In this document: piece after piece, positions 32,223-49,151 of the stretch | Numbering within the stretch: position 1 is the stretch's first letter | Layout of the letters: every line of letters starts with the position of its first letter | Origin: the human T2T-CHM13v2.0 reference genome, Homo sapiens | Strand: one strand, 5' to 3' | NCBI RefSeq assembly: GCF_009914755.1 | Contig: NC_060927.1 | Length of the DNA: 64,000 nucleotides | Position numbers and translations under genes: made by a program | Notes under the pieces: generated by a model | Databases searched by the model: none | What the model was told of the DNA's origin: nothing | What the model saw: only the letters and a program-made list of their open reading frames with translations

Positions 32223-32857
32223 CTAAGAGGTTGTCTCCTGGATCAAGCTGTGCCTGAAGCCACTACTCCACAACTTTTAAATTACATCAGACATAATTTT
32301 ATTTTTTCTTATAAGAATCTTAGCTGGTTTCTCTCACCTGCAATGAGGCAGCCCTGATGCATGGTGGCCCTGATGCAATGGTGCTCATGGTGACCCTCTT
32401 CTACTTTACCTATCATGTTATAGGCTACTGAAATTGATTTGGTATTTTGCTATATTCTTATTTAAAAAACTTATCCCAGTGAAAATTCAAATATGGAATA
32501 AATTGGGCTCTGAAAATACTTTAGTACGAGTTTCCAAGGATCAGCTGGTCTTGGTTTTCTCTTGATGACTCCAGCCAGTGAGCCAGATGGCAGCCCACAG
32601 TGATCCCATGAAAGCCACGCTGGTTAGTTTATAAATGTTAACACTGACAGGTTGCACATGGGTAGTGGCTTTAAAAGAATCTAATGGGCTGAGTGCTTTA
32701 TTTAACTATTCTGCTAAAAATTAGCCAGAGAATTTCTACAACCAACTATTAAAGAGAGATACTTTTCCCCTATTTTGAATGTCTTGCAATGAAAACACCT
32801 TAAGAATCAGAGACATGAAAGTCTGTCACTGTAACATACTTTTAACTGGAGCTGCCT

Positions 32858-36687
<3,830 letters not shown>

Positions 36688-38059
36688 AACAGGAGCCGCT
36701 TTCAAAACCTGTATCGTCATGGATAAATACATTTTGTCCCCCAACAATTGAATTTTTGAACTAAGTGTTTTGTCTGCAACATGTAAGATTTTAAAATTGT
36801 GTTTAGAATGAAATATACAAATGGATACGTTAAATGGCTATTGAGATTTGTTAGAAGGGGGGTATGTTATAATCACAAGTCACTGATGCATTTTTATGGG
36901 CAGAAATCTTCCCAGACTCTGGTAACACAAGGGAACACTCTCAACTACTCAACGTCTCGGTGAAGGCCTAAACATGACTTCAACCTTTGCTGTTTTATTT
37001 TGAGTGACATTCTAGGGCTGCTCTGTCTGGAGTCTCCACATGGGCAGAGAGACATAGATTATTTAGCAGAACAAAAAAAGGAGAAGATCAAAGCAATCAA
37101 CTCTCATTTTTGAACTCTTAGAATTTGACACATACTTTCTAGCAAAATGTCCAGTAGAAACTATTCATACTGCACAGCTCCTGTCCTGGAGACTATAATT
37201 CTGCTACATAAACACAAGAGGCATAAACCGTCCTTGAGGACAAGACACAACACTGACAAGAACAACTGGATTTAAAACCACAAACCTTCAGTGAAGTTTC
37301 TACAGGCCCAACCATTTCTGCCTTATCGTGTGAAGATAAGGAATATTTGTCTATCAGCGGGACTAGTGACTTACTTAATTACCTATAGGTGGGTTTCTAA
37401 ACTGTCGAACGTCAGGGGGCTCTGGTAGATTTTACCTGTCCTCAAACCTCACCTCCTGGTACAAAAGTCTTCCAGGTGTTGGAGATACTCACATAAATGA
37501 AACATGGTGGCTACATTTTCTTTAGAAAATTTCCTACACATGGGGAGGAGACAGCTTTTGCAAGTAAATATCTGTTGTACCACTTGAGATAAGGTAGGTG
37601 CCTCTTCGCAAGGCTCGCTGCATTTCTTTTGCCCCTCCTTTTTCCCATTTAGTAACCTTCCTTCCTAAATCTCCTCCATTGCACCCCCCCAACCCCCGTG
37701 GCCCCAGCCACGGCCCTCGTCTCAGCCCCAAGCAGCCCAACTTTCTTCCGTGTCTTTAGATATCTATAAGCACTGTATTTCCTACAAGTACGACTTAGGA
37801 ATAAAAAAAAGTTTTTGGTGGGGAGAGGAAGCTAGCTACTGGTATTGTTTTTGTTAAAATAAGCAGGTATTACTTTTGTCCTTAACAATGGGGGTCTTTG
37901 TGGAAATTGAGAGGTTTCTGGATTCTACTGTAGAATGGAATTTTAAAACAACTGGCCACGTATCTCAAAAACAGGCCCACCTTGGTCAGACCACTGTGGT
38001 ACCATGAAGCATTACTATCAAGATCTATCCATGAGAAACACTGGATAGCACGAAAAGAG

Positions 38060-38220
38060 CCTTCGCGTGCATTGTCTCATTTAATCTTCACACTCTGTGG
38101 TGGGAGAATTCACTATTCCTGTGACTCAGATGAAGAAACTGAGACTCAGAAGTTAGGTGGCTCACTTAAGGTCACAAGACTAGCAAGTTGGGGTGTAAGG
38201 CTGAGGAAGCCAGTCTTCTC
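38060..38220. mobile_element. MIR
   Basis: cagatgaagaaactgagactcagaagtta...aaggtcaca. Confidence 0.75.
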
Positions 38221-41200
38221 ACTTCGCAAACCAAAACAGCAATCCCCCAAGCGCGGAGAATGGGTTTCCTAAGATGGGATCTCGGATGAGCTGGTGGGAA
38301 TGTTGCTCCTTCAACTCATCTAACAGCTGAACCTCTGTGTGCAGAGCTGTGTGTGATGTAAAGGTGGGAGAAGGCCTGGGAACCCTTAATCTAGTGCCAC
38401 ACTTACAATGGCCATACACACTATGCGTGGAATGAGTCGAAGGCCATAGAGGAGGCTAAAAGAAAACTCAAGTGCCCTCTCTGTTGCAGGAAAGGAAGCT
38501 CTTCTCTGCTGGAGAGCAGAGAACAGGCTTTGGGGAGGAGGGGGCCTTGGCTCACCCTCAGAGCATCCCTACCGGGTGAGCAGGAGGGGGCCCAGCAGAG
38601 GGCTGCAGAGAGACCAGGGGCTTGGCTGGCCGCGGCTTGGAGCACCCGTGTCGGAGAAGAGTGGGAGAGACAGCATGGCAGCATCCGGAGCCGCTCGCAG
38701 GGGGAGGGCTAACTCTCGGGGTATTGTGCTCATTGCTGGAATCTAAAATACAGCTTTAAATTATTAAGCGTCTTGGAATGCCACAAACATTTTAAAAACT
38801 GCCTGTCAGGATCAGAAAGACACTTGAAGGATCTTCAAACTGAGTGTCAGAAATGAGAGATGGGCCCGTGTGACCCAACTTCACTCCGCATACTTAACCA
38901 TCCCTCGCCTCATTCCCTACTCTCCGGGCGGCGGGGCGGCTGCGTGGAAGCAGATCCCACAAACTTACAAAATAAGATCCCACGGTATATAGATTTGTGC
39001 ATGCTGCCCACATATTAAAGGAAACACTCATCAGGGCCTTCTTTTAAAAATTGTGCTATAAAGGTATAAACCCTCCATTTTTTTTTTTGGAAGCCTTTTT
39101 GGGAAGGACATGAAGCACCCCCAGAACAGTCAGGGGACCATATTTTGTGCAACAGCAATTCTTCTAAATATAGACCATAGAGCAATCACAAGAAGGATGC
39201 AAGCGATGTCCTTGGATGCTCCGCAGAACAGGAGGATGACAAAGCTGCTAAGAGGGTTTTGCATTGAAATCCTGCGCTCCCCGATTTAGCAGAAGGCTTA
39301 TTTCGCCCTCTCACATGAGTGGGCTGCCGGAGTGGCCCCAGAGCAGTTGCATTTTGAAGCCATTACTTTACCTTGTCCTAGTCCTGCCTTAACAGGTACA
39401 TAAATTCCCTGGACTTGGGGAGTTTCATTTTTAACCCAGCAGAAGTAAGTTTACTTAACCAAACGTGGGCTCTCTCTAACATTTGCCAGATATCACCGGG
39501 CGATTTTTTTTAACCTCATCTTCACAGCAGAAACATAAAAGGCGAGATCTATAAACATTTCAGATTCATAATATACTACTTCCTCTAGGTTCTTCTAAGT
39601 GGAAACTTTGCTCTTGAGAAAAGGTGAGCATCTACTAAAAAGTAATTTTCTCTTGTCAGGAGGGCTCGCCATGCACTTGGTTGCAGCTGAAATGTGTTTT
39701 AATAAGGCCTTTCTCCTTTACAAGCCCGGCTTGCTTTTAGTTCCATCCCACAGCCTGAGCAGGGAGGAAGATGGCTCTCAGATATCCTTTTGTTACCCTA
39801 ATCAGAGCCAGAAGGGCTGTATTGACTTTCAGGCCTTGGGGAGTTGTAGTTCTTTTGTATCCATCTCATCCAAGAAATCAAGTTTGATTAATTTGTCATC
39901 AAGTAAAACGTGTGATCTGCTCGGAGCCCGGCCTTTGAAGTGGAAGGATGAACTTGGGCTGCAAAGTCCAGGTCAGCGGGCGAAACAGCAGTGGTGCCGA
40001 ATCGAACAAGTTCTTCTCCGCAGAGCTGCCTGTTCTCATTTAAAACATCTTTTTTCTTTTTTTTTTTAAACCTTTTCCACACACGTCTTCTGGGTTGGAC
40101 TGCTCCCTGGCTGGGGCCCTCTTTTGTTTACTTTAATTTAAAAAATAGAGTTATCAGGGCTACAAAGCAAGTAAGACCCAGAAAACATTTAGCCACTCCA
40201 CAAGGCATGGGGGTGGAAGGATTTGACCTCTCTACAATCTTAAAAGACCACTGTGAGTGAGAGAGCCACGAGGGCTGAACCCGGTGTCAGCACGTGCTTC
40301 TGGAATGAATAATCGGAAGGGGTCTCCAGCTGGGTCATGGGACAGATGCTCATTTATGATGCTCTGGGCTTGTTGACCTGCACTTAGTGGAGTTCCCAAA
40401 CTGCTGAAAATGCATAAGGTAGTGGCCGCAAGATATTATTTAATCCTAGACTTAGTGTCATATTTCTTGTTCAGATGCTATATATGCTTTATAAAGAGTT
40501 ACAGGGCTTTTAAAAATTACAGAGTAAGCAATCTTTATACATTCCACAGTATAAGGATCCCCATATTTCACATGCTGGTGCACAGGCCTTTTGATGACTG
40601 CTACCCCTCAGGTATATACATGAAGACACAGTGAATTATTGGCCAGGAGTCAAGGGCTTGTTTGGCTTTCAAAGATGTTTAAAAAGCACCAACAAATTAT
40701 AAACAGCCTCTGTGGTTACTGAATTCAGTGTCTAAGCTATTATTATTATTGGAGAATTTGAAAACAATAATGAGATTAGTAAAAAAACACTCAGCTTTAG
40801 AAATCTAAGGGGTTTTTGACTTAAAAAAAAAAACACCGCTTATGACAACATTCAAACATTCCTTCATTCAAACATGCATTGCATTCATACTTACATGCCA
40901 GGTATGTGCAACTCAAAAATGTCTAAGATACACTTCCTGCATTTCTTATAGTCTAGTAGTTCAGTTTTAATATTTACCAATCCACTAAATTGTCAGCTCC
41001 ATGAAATAGGAATGATGTCATGTCTTGTTTTTGTATCCCCAGTGCCTAACACATCATAGCTGTTCAAGAAATATTTGTTGAATTAATGAGTCAATATTGT
41101 ATATGGTCTATATCTCAGCAATACTAAGGCCTATTAACTTTCCTTTAAGGTAGCCAGGATTAAAATAATAATATAATAATTATATATATATATATATATA

Positions 41201-41358
41201 AAAAAAACATAATATGCACATCATACAGGGAACTCTTGGGAGCTTCTCACAATTGTCCCCTCAGTGACAAGTTTGAGTGTCTGCAATCCAAGATGGACAA
41301 TAGGAGACTTATGCTTCAGTGAGAATTTGTTCAGCCTCTAAAACATTTTCATCAACTG

Positions 41359-41361
<3 letters not shown>

Positions 41362-41397
<36 letters not shown>

Positions 41398-41678
41398 AGA
41401 CAGCGCCTCGCTGTGTCGCCCAGGCTGGAGTGCAGTGGCATAATCCCAGCTGACTGCAACCTCTGCCTCCTAGGTTCAAGTGATTCTTATGCCTCGGCCT
41501 CCTGAGTAGCTGGAATTACAGTCGTGCACCACCATGCCCAACTAATTTTTGTATTTTTAGTATTGATGGGGTTTCACCATGTTGGCCGGGCTGGTCTTGA
41601 ACTCCCAGCCTCAGGTGATCCACCCAGCTCAGCCTCCCAAAGTGCTGAGATTACAGGCATGAGCCACTGCGCCCGACC
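41362..41678 (-). mobile_element. Alu (AluS-like) with ~35-nt pure T tail
   Basis: Alu consensus match. Confidence 0.93.
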
Positions 41679-42700
41679 CTGAACTTCCTTCTTATGTTAT
41701 GATGGCAATAATGCTCTTAGAAAATAATTGGAAAGTTCATTTCGGTTTTAAGTTGGTTTGTGGCAAATCAACGCAGAAGTCAAGTGCACAGAACTCAAGT
41801 AAATGGGGATGATTTGTTTTTTCCCAATATGGTACAATAAGGTAGAAAGATCATAAACAAGCAGTTAGAAGACTAATGGGTTTGGCCACAGTGTTGCCAC
41901 CTCAACACTGTTTGTTGTAGGACCTCAAACAAGTTAAGCTGGGCCAATACCTGAGGAGGAAAGTGGGAAAGTTTCCTTGAAGCAGTTCATTCTCTTCACT
42001 GTATGGATGAATTGATACAGCCAACCAATGGAAGTACCATTTACTAACTCTTTACCACATCCAAAGGGCTGAGCTGGGTGCTTCATATGTTACTGGCTTT
42101 GAAGAAGCTCTACCTTGCCCTTCTAAAAAGGAGGAAACTGGGGCTCAGATATGTTGAGGGACTTGCTCAAGGCACAAGCGAATAGAATTTCAACCCAATA
42201 AAGCAAATTCCAAACTAAGCTCTTTGCATTGCGTCAGTTTGCTTTCTTTCTGATTGTTCATATTCAAGGCTAAATTGGGCATCCCGGACAAGTTCAAATC
42301 CAGAGAGAATCCTACGGTCTCCCTGTACTCTTAAGTGGCAAAACCACCAAACCTTTTACCAGAACACCTAACATTCTGGTCAAGAAACCAAATTCCATCT
42401 TCTCTGCTCTTCTCCTTTCCAATCCCTGGTAGAAGCATTTGCAAACACAAATAGTTAAAGGTCACCAGTAAGAAGTAGAAGAGGGATTTTGCATGATCCA
42501 TCTGTGCTGGGATAATCCGGAATTGGCCGTGAATATGTTGAAGGGCCTACACGCTACATCAGTAATTCTTTTTCACCTGCCATCCACACCAGCAAATGTG
42601 TTATTCTTGTACATTCTTTGGAGAAGAGTGTTAGGCATGTGTGTCTGCAGATTGGGCACTCAATAAGTGAGACAGAAAAGCAAGCTTCAGATATAAATTT

Positions 42701-42706
42701 TTTAAT
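42701..42706 (-). terminator. Candidate distal poly(A) signal ATTAAA
   Basis: Plus tttaat; on the minus strand it is followed by U/GU-rich gcttttctgtctcacttattgagtg. Confidence 0.55.
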
Positions 42707-42859
42707 TCCCAGTTAAAACCTTGAGAAAATAAGCAAGTAGATGGTGTGTCCTAGCTATAAACTGGTTTTAAGACAAATCTGCTTACATGGAGTTGTCGCA
42801 AAGAAGCAGGTTAGAAAACATGCATTTTTTCCACATAATATATGGAATGAAGAAAAGAT

Positions 42860-43330
42860 CATTGATTTTAACAGCCAGGAGATTTGGGATATAGCTGCAA
42901 CTTTGCCACCAACTACTTGTGTGACCTTGAACGAATTCTTTATACTTTCTGGGTCATTTCTTCATCTGTAAAATGAAAAGTTTGAACTAGGCCAGTGATT
43001 TTTCCATCTTTTTCTTAAAGCTGTAAAACCTTTTCTTTGTAAACAAACTCTCATAAGGAATCTCAAAATTCTTGCACATCATATCTTCAACTTCCACCAA
43101 GGCAGCCTCACTGAAGAACAGGCTGGAGCCACAGTACCTTAGATGTATCTTGGTTCTGCAACTGACTACTGGTGTGACCTTCGGCAAGTTATTTCACCTC
43201 TCTGAACCTCATGCATATGTTTCCACATACACAAACTGGGGACAACAATGACAGCATCTACCTCGTAGAGTGTTGGGGAGAACTAACCTCTATGCTTAGA
43301 TGGCATGGAACTCCATACATGCTATTGTTA
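42860..43330. mobile_element. Two MIR remnants in the distal EIF4E3 3' UTR
   Basis: tgtgaccttgaac...catctgtaaaatg and gtgtgaccttcggcaagttatttcacctctctgaacctca. Confidence 0.7.
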
Positions 43331-43539
43331 TTGTGGATATTATAGCTATGGACAGAGCCACACACTACAGCAAAAGCACATTAAATTCTGCCCAGTTACT
43401 AACTTACGGGGGTATCAATTGCTTATAGTGTGTCATTTTGCACTCATCATTTAAAAGACTTACAAATAAGTTTTCTGAACCAACGTTCATAGTTAGAGAA
43501 GATTCTATATGTAAAATGATGTTTATCACCTGTGATAAA

Positions 43540-43750
43540 ACCAGAGAGAAATGCAAGTGTCTCCTGTAGGTCAGGATAATGGTTATTTTAGTGGAGAGGG
43601 CGGGGACACAAGAAAGGGCTCCTGGGGTGACCGGCAAAGTTCTATTTCTTGGCCTGCTGTTATAGAGTGTTCTCCTTGTAACAATTCAGTAAGTTACACA
43701 TTTGTTTTGTGTGGTTTTCTGTACCTTTATTTTACAATAAAAAGGTTTTA
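43540..43750 (+). mobile_element. Old L1M(E)-like 3' end
   Basis: gtcaggataatggttattt...aagggctcctggggtg...tttacaataaaaagg. Confidence 0.55.
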
Positions 43751-46392
43751 TAAAACCTTTGTTTCATTTCATAAAACAAAATCAGTGAGTACATAAGTTA
43801 TACTTACTGGCTTCCAAAATGTTAAAATTTGGCCATGTGATGCATGTCACTGTGTGTTATTGCTTTATTACACTTTTAAAAATACTTCTTAAAATGTATT
43901 TTACAATGAAAACTTTGCCATATCTGAAAGTGTTTCTGTGGAACCACCCTTCTAGGGAACACTCTTTGAAAGCTGATGGACCTCTGTTAAAATGTGGATT
44001 CCAAGATGTTTGTTTTCAAAAAAAAAAAAAAATTCTGAAAAACAGTCTTGTCCTTTATAACTTGACTATCTTCATGAAACACTAATTATTTTCGCCTTAA
44101 AAAGGGGACACGGCTTTAGTGTTTAACCTTCACTTCCATCATTCTTTTCCAGTAAGCATGAATCACAAAACTCAAATGTTTCCTAAGATCTGAAACCTTT
44201 CTCTAGGTCCATACTTTATATAATCCTATATGTGCAAAAAACAAATGATTTAAGTTTCCTGAGTTAAAGAGGAAATTGGGGAGTAAGAGCTTGTCCACAT
44301 CTTTAATGCTTAGAGGAGCACACACATTTAGCCCTGCCATCTGTACAAATGGTACCAGAGTTCAACATGCTTACGATTATAAAGAATTTATGATTTATGC
44401 TTGCTAGTTAAATATGCTTATGATTTAAACTTATTTTCTCTGGCAAGAAATAAGCTAGTCAGCACCACAGCCTAGCCAGATGATGGGAAATAGAAACATA
44501 TTTTAATGACATATATTTTAACTTGCTGGCCCTTGCAAATGCTACTGTTTTTTCTTTTCTTCATGTAACAAAAGAACCATCGTCTTGTAGGATTCCAGAG
44601 ATTTTTTTATGCATTCATTAACGAAAAGCAGTTAAAAGTTCTTTAATAGCAGTTACTGCAGCGAAAGGATCACTGAGGAAGAAAAGGCATGCATGGTCTT
44701 GGCTTCCAAGAAAACTGTACGTTAGGTGACAAGGCAGAGGAACCTATGCTAATAGAACAACCGAGAACACATTCCAAAAAGTGCATCAATAACGACTAGA
44801 TGATAAAGTACACACAGAATGCATGGTGGCAGTAATCAGATGCAAATATGAGAGGGAAACATTATGAAATTTTAAAGCCTTCCTAGTGTTATGCCCTGCT
44901 CTTCAACGATTTCATTAAATTCGCTGTGTTAAAATTAATTAGGCATCACACATAAGATCCTGAATTGCTTGTTTCTGCAGGGAGAGATAGGAAAGTCTGC
45001 AGATGAATGGAAGAAGAGTTTGTTGGTACGTTTTGTTTGTTTTTAAAGGAATATATTAGACAGCCAGAAAGGAGGAGTAAATTCACTTTACTTGCCGAAA
45101 CAGGGGACAACTGAATCTCACCAGCAAATTGCAGCACAAAAGAGCAACGAGAGTAATTGACTTATTCTAAAACGGAACCATTCTTAATAGAGGGTAAAGA
45201 AAAAGAATTAAAATAAGCAAGATACGTTTTCTAAGAGACCCAGATGAGCCCTATTATCAAATGTGTTCAACAGGGAAGTGTAAAAATAACAACAGTTACT
45301 CCCCATCAGAATACCAGATAACCTACTAAGCGTCAGACTCCATGCTAGCAGCGTCACACATATTAGAGGTGTTGGACAGAAACTTTTAATATGTGTTGTA
45401 ATAAACAAGGTTATTCTAATCACCACACACACACTGGAAATCTAATAATGATTAAGTGATGTGGTTGATTAAACTGCATGAAATTTTTAAACTGGAGGAT
45501 GAAAATGACATTTCTATACTATAAGAACCTCAATACAGAATGAGAATTAGTAGCAACAGATTACAAAAGATCTCAAAATAAAGTTCTACAAACTAACACT
45601 TAAACAAACCCTGTGAACTACTACCCTGAAAAATGAAGAAGCACAAATTCATAGCAATATAGTCCCAAATTAGAAAATTGCAAAACAGTCTAAACATTTG
45701 CACTAAACACATAAATCACTACCTTTTCAAGTAAGAAAAGTATAGTCTAGTCTTACCTTATTGCTGCAAAAGGCTGGAATAAAAAATACTGACTTATAGA
45801 AGCAACTTTCACATGTATCTGAACATCAAACACAACACACAATATAAAATCAAAAATAACTAGAACAGAAAAGTTTTCAGTCTGACCTTAAAAATACTGA
45901 GCAAATCACTAGATGAAGCCAGATCAAAAGGAAGGGCATTACACCAGCTTGTAGCCAGATGTGAAAGGGTCCCCAACTGCACAGGGCACAGATGGTATAA
46001 AATAGGGGGGTGGGGGCACAAGCAGATCCAAAACATAATCAAACAAACCTGGTTCAACTTACACAGGTAAGACTATTCTAAAGAATTAATAACTTTCAAT
46101 GTAAGATTTTAAATTTGGGACAAATAATGTTAGCTGTCTCAAGCTAAAGTATGCTCACTAGTTTAAATTTTGAAATTCTTTTATATAATCATTGAAATAA
46201 ATTCTCCATGAGAATATATTCAAAGTCATGGTGACTTGTTTTAAATGAATACTGAAAAGACAGTGTTAAAACTTAAAAACAAAAACAATGGTTGTAAGCC
46301 ACATTATCTGATTAAAGTCTGAGAACTTTGGGGAGAATTTAATGTATATCCACAGCATCAATACCTCTATTTGAAAACAGAAACACTGTAAG

Positions 46393-46398
46393 TTTATT
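46393..46398 (-). terminator. Candidate poly(A) signal AATAAA
   Basis: Plus tttatt; GU-rich gtgtttctgtttt downstream and a second ATTAAA at 46415-46420. Confidence 0.4.
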
Positions 46399-46593
46399 AA
46401 AATGTTCAAAGTCCTTTAATATTCACCATTCATCATGTAATGTAAAGTGCTAAAATTAAAATTTTCACCCTAAGCCTTCATTAAAAGTTGCTTATTTGTA
46501 TGTGAAAAGATGAGAGGTAGCATAAATTTTCTATAGAAAACTCAGAAACACTCAATTTACTTCATGTTCAGTTCTATAATGCAAAGTTGACAC

Positions 46594-46599
46594 TTTAAT
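46594..46599 (-). terminator. Candidate intermediate poly(A) signal ATTAAA
   Basis: Plus tttaat; GU-rich gagtgtttctgagttttct ~40-60 nt downstream on the minus strand. Confidence 0.45.
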
Positions 46600-47514
46600 A
46601 GATCCGAAATAAACATCTGTTCCAAAATAAAAGTTCAAGAAAAATTATCTGACTTCGATATTAGAAATTGAAATTTTCATAAAGAAATCTTGCATTTCAC
46701 TAAATGAGTTGGTAACTTTTTTCAGGCAGCAACCAAAACAAAAACATTTAACACAGATTCCTTCAATCTCATGATTTCTGAAGGACACAAAAGCATAGAA
46801 TATCCAAAAGCTATTGTATTGGATATTCTAATAAGGTACACTCAAGACACACATATACAATGGAACTCTGAATTTCAGTAGCAATGATGAACAAAAAAAT
46901 ACTGACTTTGCAATGACTTTTGCTTATCACTCACATCGTTTAGGGAATACTTATTTGATTTTTTTGACATTTCTATGTATTAAAGGATCTCTCCAGTTTA
47001 GTAACAGCTTTGCTAAGCTACGTTTTGAAAGTGACAATTAATTTTAGTGGAAATTCATTCCCAGGCTACTTTGATAGTCATTTGAACAGTTTTGTGTTAT
47101 TTTACATGCAATTTTATAGCTCTATAACGTTCATTTAATCTTGTTCAATGATGCTGAACCCCAGATGCCATAAGACATTATAGAAAAGTAGTTACTGCAC
47201 ATATGGAGTAACTACTTTTCTGAACACTAATTTCTTTTCTCTTAACAGACTGAAATGGTATTTAGAAAAGAGAAAAACCACCACTCTGTATTAAAGGCTT
47301 TATATTATGGACTTCCAGGGATGGGCTCCCATGACTGCTGTGGTCCCAGCCATAAAGTTCTTATTCACGAGCATCATCTACTCAAGTCTCAGTATTAATG
47401 GTTTTCTCCAGCCTTCATAAGATTGTTGGTATCATACATTGGAATCAGGTCACCTGACAGAGCTTAGGGTTGGGAGGCTTTCCTCATTTGTCATATGTGG
47501 GAGTTGGATAAAAT

Positions 47515-47690
47515 CAGGGGTTCTCCAAGAGCGATCTGAGCACCATCAGCATTAGAATCACTAGGGCACTTGTTAAAAATGCAGATATCCTCCCAGATTT
47601 CTAGTGCTGGGGTCAAGAAATGTGAATAATAAGTAAGTATCTGAGTGATTTTGCTGCATGCTAAGGGGTGAGAAGCACTGGTAGATGATC
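47515..47690. mobile_element. MER5B-like
   Basis: cagcattagaatcactagggcacttgttaaaaatgcagat. Confidence 0.7.
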
Positions 47691-49133
47691 TCAAAGGTCC
47701 CTTCCACTCTAAAATTCTAAGAGTCCCTGAATGTTCTTTTAAAAATGGATTTATGTCAGCAACATGAAAGAATTTCTAGAACACAAGACAGTGACTTTTG
47801 GCCTGAGTGGGCCAATCTGAATAAGTATTCTTAGATTTGGATGTATATGTAAAAATAATAGAAAATAAAATCAGAACAGTATAATCTGACATGAAAGGAA
47901 TCTATTTGGGATTTCTTCTTGGGAGAAGTAGAGGGGCAACCCACTCTAATTGCTATAAATGACCACAGGTTCAAAGGGACTTTTCGTTGCCTCTCAGTCC
48001 CTATTTTTTCCCACTTCACCCTCTGACTCCTCCCAGCTGTTGAGATCCAGGCTTTTTACAATCCTGAGTCACCAAACTCTTGAGTAATTTTAACTGATCT
48101 CAATATATTCTTTTCAGAAGTAAACAATTCACAGGCAGTCCTCTACTTTCACTTGTAATGAGTAAAATCTCACAGAAACATACAATGTAGGAAAGGTGAA
48201 GGGTAGAATTACATTTTTAAAAGGAAGTTCCATATTCAGAGTGCTAAAAAAAATCAACTCCTAATTTTCTCTCTTTGGGCATAATATTTGATGAAATATT
48301 TTCCATATCTCCTATATGTGAGTTTATTTTATTCTTTTTCTTCCCAATCACTTATAAGGCCAATGAGAGCCTAGGATTTGAGATATTTTAAGCACATCTG
48401 GAGCGATCTAGCTTTGACACATTTTTATTAGGTGCATGAAAACTAAATGTCTTATTGCCAAGTATCATTTTTACATTTTCTCGTCAAATTTTTATAAAAG
48501 CTTAAGAGCAAAATGCAGTAGGATCTTAAAAAAATTCTACAAACATAGCTGGATAAATTCTGCTGCTGAGCCAGAACTGTTGGCTGGAAGGCAGCGCCAC
48601 CATGCGATCGTTCCAAAGGCTGTCAGTTTTGTCTAAAGACACAAGCTGGGATCCTCTAAGAGTTGGGCAACTAATAGCAAAAGCCCACTTCCTGTCATAG
48701 GAAGGTTATTTTCAAACTCCAAACCCCAGCACCACTTCTGTCTCTGAGAGGGAGAGGGAGAGAAGGAGGAGCTGTTTACAAACAGGATGTCTGATTACGG
48801 AGTTACACCAGTGGCCAGATTGGATCAGATATTTAATGCTTGATTAGGGTGGCTAGTGGGCAGGTTAAGGCTGGCAGATTCTGAGTACTCTCCATTTAAG
48901 GACGCCTGCACCGGGATACAACTTGCCGACTTCAATACCCAGCTCTGTGGCTGGCTAGCCCTACGTCTTTAACAAGGGACAAGTTCGGCCAAGGCTCAGT
49001 TGGTGGATTGTATATTATGTCTATAGGACCCAATTATACCTAAAGTTTCTAAGCTATAAAGTCTTGTGACTGTGTGCATGGTGTAGACATGGGCTAAACT
49101 CAAGAAGAGGGGTGAGAAAGAGTCATCTTAATC

Positions 49134-49151
49134 TTTAATTTAAAGTTTATT
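49134..49151 (-). terminator. Candidate proximal poly(A) signals AATAAA (49146-49151) and ATTAAA (49134-49139)
   Basis: Tandem hexamers, upstream UGUA motif and pyrimidine-rich downstream sequence. Confidence 0.4.

Noticed and set aside
39599-40069. 156-aa ORF in unique DNA
   Set aside because: GTG start, no recognisable domain, no supporting splice structure; compatible with chance.
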